Source of the DNA: Minisyncoccia bacterium
Lineage (GTDB): Bacteria > Patescibacteriota > Minisyncoccia > Phycocordibacterales > UBA2100
Reading direction: 5' to 3'
Assembly: GCA_046594495.1 (NCBI GenBank)
Contig: JBKJSQ010000057.1
Span: forward strand, 1-30,295
Length of the DNA: 30,295 nucleotides
Both the position numbers and the translations under genes were made by a program. Below, piece after piece: positions 26,550-30,295 of the stretch. A model generated the notes under the pieces. The model saw nothing but the letters and a program-made list of their open reading frames with translations. It was not told the origin of the DNA and did not search any database. The stretch's first letter is position 1; each line of letters opens with the position of its first letter.

Positions 26550-26673
26550 AATCCAAGGGTAACCCTTGGATTGAGCTCTAGGGTGACCTCACTTAGCGAG
26601 GGTTCCCCTCGCTATAACTCGACCAAAGTGCGCCGAAGGGCGATCTTTGCTGTTTCCAAGGGTAGTCCTTGGA
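26550..26673. repeat. Cluster of three REP-like palindromes (AGG-N5-CCT core)
   Basis: aatccaaggg-taa-cccttggatt (26550-26572), tagcgaggg-ttc-ccctcgcta (26594-26614), tccaaggg-tag-tccttgga (26655-26673). Confidence 0.65.
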
Positions 26674-26688
26674 GTAGTCACAAATAAC

Positions 26689-26714
26689 AAAACGGCACCT
26701 CGCGGTGCCGTTTT
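26689..26714. terminator. Bidirectional terminator
   Basis: aaaacggcacc-tcgc-ggtgccgtttt. Confidence 0.85.
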
Positions 26715-26736
26715 CGGTGTGCAGACACATGCGGTG

Positions 26737-27000
26737 TCAGCTTCGTTGTTTCGGCTCATAGTTTAAAAGCGCAAACGTAGTGCCCTGCCCTTTCGTTATT
26801 GCGATATGGGGGTCATCGCCATAGGCCGACGGATCACGAACGGTATGAGGCGACTCTTGTGGCGGAACGAAGGCTACCAGTCCCATATCGCCGGCAGCGA
26901 TGATGGTTGGAAGCATTTCGGCACCAAGATGAACCGGCTCTGCCGTGTCCAACAGTCGCACGAGTTCCGTGACTTGCCTGCTCGCAGTGTACGTACTCAT
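26737..27000 (-). CDS. Hypothetical protein
   Basis: TTGACA-17-CATAAT promoter (27056-27028), GGAGA SD before MSTYTAS, terminator downstream; alternative start at 27012. Confidence 0.6.
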   Translation of the reverse strand: MSTYTASRQVTELVRLLDTAEPVHLGAEMLPTIIAAGDMGLVAFVPPQESPHTVRDPSAYGDDPHIAITKGQGTTFALLNYEPKQRS

Positions 27001-27058
27001 ATCGTTCTCCATGAGTTTCCGTAAAGAATTATGTGGAGCCTGAGTACGCGTGTCAAGC

Positions 27059-27352
27059 CTAGTGCACTGTTTCCGGACCGGACTCGCCGTGCTTGGACAG
27101 CATCTCTTTATAAAAAAGTTCGATTACCTCATCGTCGCTCAACGACACCGACTCCCCGACATGCGCGTCGACTACTTTTCGCCAATCGGCTGCGTGCTCG
27201 CGAACCCAGTCCATCATAATCTCATTGCGCCCTGCGCTCACGCCCGGGTGTTCAATCTTAAACGCATGTTCGGCAACACGCGCCTGTATTTTACCGTGTT
27301 CAATAGGCAACTCTATTGGTGCATCAATACGATGCATGCGCTCCATATTCAT
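27059..27352 (-). CDS. Hypothetical protein
   Basis: ATG 7 nt after TATACT (leaderless pattern of the core genes); 97 aa. Confidence 0.6.
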   Translation of the reverse strand: MNMERMHRIDAPIELPIEHGKIQARVAEHAFKIEHPGVSAGRNEIMMDWVREHAADWRKVVDAHVGESVSLSDDEVIELFYKEMLSKHGESGPETVH

Positions 27353-27375
27353 GCGTTCAGTATACAAAATAAAAA

Positions 27376-27552
27376 CTACTCCAATTGATAATGGGAGTAG
27401 TTATAGTAGTGTCCGCCGCCATAATCAGAAGAGTCGTACGAGGCGCCGGTGGAGACAACCGACTGTTTCTTATACGCAACGCTGATGTTGAAGTCCCCGA
27501 CCATGTACAGGGCGAGCACAACTCCGACGAGGAACGAGATCACATGGGTCAT
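27376..27552 (-). CDS. Array cargo: 58-aa membrane-anchored peptide with a Tyr/Ser/Gly-rich tail
   Basis: AAGGAGG SD right after repeat R7; MTHVISFLVGVVLALYMVG...SDYGGGHYYNYSHYQLE. Confidence 0.6.
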   Translation of the reverse strand: MTHVISFLVGVVLALYMVGDFNISVAYKKQSVVSTGASYDSSDYGGGHYYNYSHYQLE

Positions 27553-27745
27553 AGGCACCTCCTTTATCAATTCGGGAACCATTCCTGAACTGAACAAAAG
27601 CCTCGATATTACGCGTCGAGGAGGCGCGTCCCTTGCGGGTGTGCTTTTTCCGGTTGCGCACAACGCGCAAACGGTAACGGTTGTCGGCAAGCGAACGCGC
27701 GGATTCGCTTCGGCGCTTCGGCGCGGGACCGGTGATCTGTTTCAT
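27470..27745 (-). CDS. Array cargo: ArfA-like basic protein; ORF reads through a terminator hairpin and repeat R7
   Basis: GAGGAGG SD after R6; SLADNRYRLRVVRNRKKHTRKGR resembles the ArfA LxDPxFRxRVxxxKK..xRK core but lacks GKGS. Confidence 0.45.
   Translation of the reverse strand: MKQITGPAPKRRSESARSLADNRYRLRVVRNRKKHTRKGRASSTRNIEAFVQFRNGSRIDKGGAYDPCDLVPRRSCARPVHGRGLQHQRCV
27567..27593 (-). repeat. Array hairpin repeat R7
   Basis: Minus strand tcagttcaggaa-tgg-ttcccgaattga. Confidence 0.8.
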
Positions 27746-27762
27746 ATAACATACCTCCTCTA

Positions 27763-27790
27763 TCAACCCGCGAACCATTTCGCGGACTGA
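27763..27790 (-). repeat. Array hairpin repeat R6
   Basis: Minus strand tcagtccgcgaa-atgg-ttcgcgggttga. Confidence 0.9.
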
Positions 27791-28218
27791 AAAGAATGGA
27801 CGATGACGCTCGTCCGGACGGATAGTAATCGGGATATCAGCCCACGCGTCAATACGCGCTGTCGACGACAAAGTCGCCGAATGAACGGCCGCTGTGGCCG
27901 CTCACATCTTCTACCGGGAGGCCCTCTATCTCCCGACAGTAGTACTTGCCGCTGCCCGGTCCGGAGGATTACTGTCCGCGCTCCAAGCTCCTTCGCTTGT
28001 CGCACGAGTGCAGCAACTTCCGGTTGCAGGCCGCGATCGCAGCAGCCGTCTTGGCAACAGTACGGCAGGCGCCGACCATTGCTGAAGCGGAGCCCGTACC
28101 GGCTCGACGAACGCTTCAGGATGTGGACGGTCTTCGCGACCACGATCGCCGTCGTGCGATCCGCAGTCAGAATGACTGCGCCGGCGGTCGAGGCGGTAGC
28201 GAAGTGAGTGTCGGTCAT
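27763..28218 (-). CDS. Array cargo: hypothetical protein with a CCQDGCC cysteine cluster; stop codon lies inside R6
   Basis: GGAGGG SD before MTDTHF; 151 aa; the C-terminal third crosses hairpin-rich sequence. Confidence 0.5.
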   Translation of the reverse strand: MTDTHFATASTAGAVILTADRTTAIVVAKTVHILKRSSSRYGLRFSNGRRLPYCCQDGCCDRGLQPEVAALVRQAKELGARTVILRTGQRQVLLSGDRGPPGRRCERPQRPFIRRLCRRQRVLTRGLISRLLSVRTSVIVHSFQSAKWFAG

Positions 28219-28262
28219 GTGGTGCCCTCCAAGAGCGATGCGCAGAATTGCGCAGAATTTTA

Positions 28263-28289
28263 TCAACCCGCGAATCATTCACGAGCTGA
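28263..28289 (-). repeat. Array hairpin repeat R5
   Basis: Minus strand tcagctcgtgaa-tga-ttcgcgggttga. Confidence 0.85.
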
Positions 28290-28323
28290 ATAAATAGGAC
28301 GAGCCGTGGCTCGTCCTGTTTGA

Positions 28324-28548
28324 TCATAAGCGGTCGAGTTCTCGCAAGGCGTCGTTGGTTTCATCTTGCCCGAAGACACGATTACTTTCTTCAACAGCCT
28401 CGCTCCACTCATCGCACTTATCATCGTATGTATAGCTCTCCGATATATACAACCAATCTTCGTAAGCCTTTTCTTGTTGTTCTTCTAAGACTGCGCGAAG
28501 AAAACTGATTGCACTATAGTTTCGCTCTACAAGGTACTTGATATCCAT
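28324..28548 (-). CDS. Array cargo: acidic 74-aa protein
   Basis: AGAGGA SD before MDIKYL; followed by a strong hairpin (28296-28317) and R5. Confidence 0.6.
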   Translation of the reverse strand: MDIKYLVERNYSAISFLRAVLEEQQEKAYEDWLYISESYTYDDKCDEWSEAVEESNRVFGQDETNDALRELDRL

Positions 28549-28620
28549 TTGTAATCCTCTGTTAGTTGCCTTCGCCACCATGATCGGATTACAAACGCGA
28601 GCAGCTCACTCCCTTTTCGA

Positions 28621-28648
28621 TCAACCCGCGAACGATTTCACGGACTGA
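28621..28648 (-). repeat. Array hairpin repeat R4
   Basis: Minus strand tcagtccgtgaa-atcg-ttcgcgggttga. Confidence 0.9.
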
Positions 28649-28698
28649 AAGGAATGGACGATGGCGCTCGTACGCACGGAGAATGCTTTCACATCCGC

Positions 28699-29289
28699 TC
28701 ACATCTCAGTGAGCAGTACTGTTGTAGGTGATATGAGTGTCGGCATCGACAACACCGGTGTCGACATACACCGCTGCTGCGAAGAGCAGTCCGCACGCCA
28801 CAGCAACACCGACGACGACACCTGCCGAAAAGAGCACAATTCTACGCATATATTTCTCCTTAAAACTCTATCAACCCGCGAACGATTTCGCGGACTGAAA
28901 AGAACGGGCGAATGGTGTTCACCCTTAGAAAGTACTTCCACGAAACCGGTGTGCCGAAACACCATGGTCTTTTTGGTAGACCCGTCCGGCTGCGACACTT
29001 CAGTGCTTTCACGTTTGGAAAACGCGTAGAGCACTTTGATGTTCGCCCGCACAAGCGCGACTTCGAGGGGCGCCATGAAATACGGTGCGCCACCGATCAT
29101 TGCAGCGCCGCAACCAGACTCCCGCGCAATGTCAGCGAGCTTAGCGGCGCGCTGAGCAAGCAGGCCGGTGCTCGGGAGCTCGTCAAACGTCAGATACATC
29201 TGGACGAGCGACTTCTTGTCGGTCTCAACCACGCCGACGGCGAGCTGATCCGCAGTCGCTTCGTGTTGAGTCAGATTCAAGATACGCAT
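28699..29289 (-). CDS. Array cargo: Csx20-like protein (about 120-aa core) with a read-through tail across R3
   Basis: ILNLTQHEATADQ...AMIGGAPYFM...LYAFSKRES..QPDGSTKKTMVFRHTGFVEV; GAGG SD after R2. Confidence 0.55.
   Translation of the reverse strand: MRILNLTQHEATADQLAVGVVETDKKSLVQMYLTFDELPSTGLLAQRAAKLADIARESGCGAAMIGGAPYFMAPLEVALVRANIKVLYAFSKRESTEVSQPDGSTKKTMVFRHTGFVEVLSKGEHHSPVLFSPRNRSRVDRVLRRNICVELCSFRQVSSSVLLWRADCSSQQRCMSTPVLSMPTLISPTTVLLTEM
28706..28849 (-). CDS. Array cargo: 47-aa single-TM peptide
   Basis: Manually translated MRRIVLFSAGVVVGVAVACGLLFAAAVYVDTGVVDADTHITYNSTAH; AAGGAGA SD right after R3. Confidence 0.6.
   Translation of the reverse strand: MRRIVLFSAGVVVGVAVACGLLFAAAVYVDTGVVDADTHITYNSTAH
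28871..28898 (-). repeat. Array hairpin repeat R3
   Basis: Minus strand tcagtccgcgaa-atcg-ttcgcgggttga. Confidence 0.9.
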
Positions 29290-29531
29290 GTGTGTATTCC
29301 TCGCTCTATCAATTCGCGAACCATTTCGCGGACTGAAGAAAGCGGGGAAGATTGGTCTTCCCCGGAATATTCGCTTGCCTCACGGCGGCGATCGGCTTTT
29401 GCACGATCGGCACGGAGGTTCTCAAGCTGGACGAAGAACTCACCCCGCGCATTGCGCTCACTGAGTACGCGCAGCGCTACGCTGTAGCCACTCTGCGCGA
29501 ACATAAGTGCGACGTGCTTGCGTGTCATCAT
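29277..29531 (-). CDS. Array cargo: hypothetical protein reading through R2
   Basis: GAGGG SD right after R1; no stop before the hairpin at 29343-29364. Confidence 0.5.
   Translation of the reverse strand: MMTRKHVALMFAQSGYSVALRVLSERNARGEFFVQLENLRADRAKADRRREASEYSGEDQSSPLSSVREMVRELIERGIHTCVS
29309..29336 (-). repeat. Array hairpin repeat R2
   Basis: Minus strand tcagtccgcgaa-atgg-ttcgcgaattga. Confidence 0.9.
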
Positions 29532-29547
29532 GTGGCATCCCTCATCT

Positions 29548-29575
29548 TCAATCCACGAACTATTTCATGGGCTGA
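29548..29575 (-). repeat. Array hairpin repeat R1
   Basis: Minus strand tcagcccatgaa-atag-ttcgtggattga. Confidence 0.85.
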
Positions 29576-29694
29576 AGAAAGGTGCGGAGTAAGGCTCCGC
29601 ACAACCTATGGTGATGTTCAGCATCTGGCCGTAATAAAACGGCAAGATTGAGAACTTCTGTTGCCAAGCGACACCACATCGCTCCGTTGCCATG

Positions 29695-29895
29695 TTAATG
29701 GAGACGGTATCCGTCGAGAGAACGCTCAAGAAACGCGAGCGCTTCGTCAGGATAACCGGACTTCTCCATGTACAAGGCGAATGCCAGGATGTCATCGTCT
29801 GACACGCTCCGACGGGGGCACTTCAGTGCAACAAACCCCCGAACGAAATCATGTGTTCCGATGACACGCCCGTCGATAGAAATAACCTGCCTCAT
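29695..29895 (-). CDS. First gene of the array region, hypothetical 66-aa protein
   Basis: GGAGGGG SD before MRQVISIDG. Confidence 0.55.
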   Translation of the reverse strand: MRQVISIDGRVIGTHDFVRGFVALKCPRRSVSDDDILAFALYMEKSGYPDEALAFLERSLDGYRLH

Positions 29896-29919
29896 GTAGT
29901 CCCCCTCCGTGAAGTTGAT

Positions 29920-30295
29920 GAAAGAACGCGAGTGCACTCATGTACACACGAAACGAAATCGCGAGAGCTGTTTGACTGATGATGCGGTCTAGAACCCGTA
30001 CCCACCTTTCAAACTTCGGGGCTGGACATCCCCATGGCGCTCTCTTCCACACTCACACCGTATCTCGCGCCGAGACACAATATGAGATTACGAAGAACGG
30101 CGTGCGCGGTAAGCATTTCGCTGACCGCCCTACCGTCCTTTTTTCTGCATCCACAGCCTTTCGGACCTGTGGAAACGAAAAGGTAGTCGTTGGCTACCCC
30201 TGACCCGGCAACGGCATGCGCCGCCCCGAGTAACCTCTTTGGAATCCGAAGATTCCTTCGCTAGCGGTAATCGCCCCAGAGTTAACCACCAAAAG
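29920..30295 (-). ncRNA. Highly structured non-coding region or long leader RNA, continuing beyond the window
   Basis: Several stems with UUCG/GAAA loops and G-U pairs that form only on the minus strand; no convincing ORF. Confidence 0.5.

Noticed and set aside
27567-29575. CRISPR array interpretation of the seven repeats
   Set aside because: Spacers are 170-470 nt, irregular and contain SD-led ORFs; no cas genes in the window.
27567-29575. Canonical integron attC sites or TIGR array
   Set aside because: No RYYYAAC/GTTRRRY boxes, hairpins far shorter than attC and no integrase in view; no 36-nt periodicity or box C/D motifs as in TIGR.
29565-29693. 42-codon ORF MATERCGVAW...PFFSP ending inside R1
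   Set aside because: No SD and no recognisable features; could be translationally coupled but unsupported.
29943-29972. Possible degenerate eighth repeat (minus strand cagctctcgcgatttcgtttcgtgtgt)
   Set aside because: Lacks the TTGA end and pairs poorly; not counted.
29979-30203. Plus-strand 74-aa ORF
   Set aside because: No SD or homology cues; it lies antisense to the structured RNA candidate.
26700-30295. Calling the region a prophage
   Set aside because: No integrase, terminase, capsid, replication gene or att/tRNA site is visible; only the small-gene style is phage-like.
1-30295. Alternative genetic code (TGA as Gly) and the many antisense or overlapping shadow ORFs
   Set aside because: Long conserved genes are intact in code 11 and TGA ends genes at the expected positions (rnhA, E1); shadow ORFs overlap well-supported genes and lack motifs.
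1-30295. tRNA or rRNA genes
   Set aside because: No cloverleaf with a T-arm and acceptor stem, and no rRNA conserved blocks were found.

Overview
Bacterial chromosomal window in standard genetic code. Gene content and style point to a Patescibacteria/CPR (Parcubacteria-like) genome; this is inferred from a trigger factor lacking its PPIase domain, split ComEC, CPR-type minor pilins and mostly leaderless core genes. Bases 1-26.7 kb hold mainly housekeeping, competence and pilus genes: site-2 protease, rpmB, ComEC halves, Fe/Mn SOD, RNase HI, recJ, HIT, pgk, tpiA, a type IV pilus block interrupted by a TraX-family gene, nusA, ppa and tig. Embedded in this part are a 6S-like structured RNA candidate (about 3.7-3.9 kb), a self-contained E2-like + E1/ThiF operon followed by a small Gly-terminated ORF (6.0-7.6 kb), a multi-protease-inhibitor surface protein and several short palindromic or heptamer repeats. 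The most unusual part is 27.4-30.3 kb on the minus strand: an array of small Shine-Dalgarno-led ORFs separated by seven direct copies of a 27-28 nt covarying hairpin (TCAG..GAA-loop-TTC..TTGA). Each copy is preceded by a terminator-like hairpin. Cargo includes an ArfA-like and a Csx20-like protein, several ORFs run through the hairpins without a stop codon, and a densely structured non-coding leader extends past the window end.
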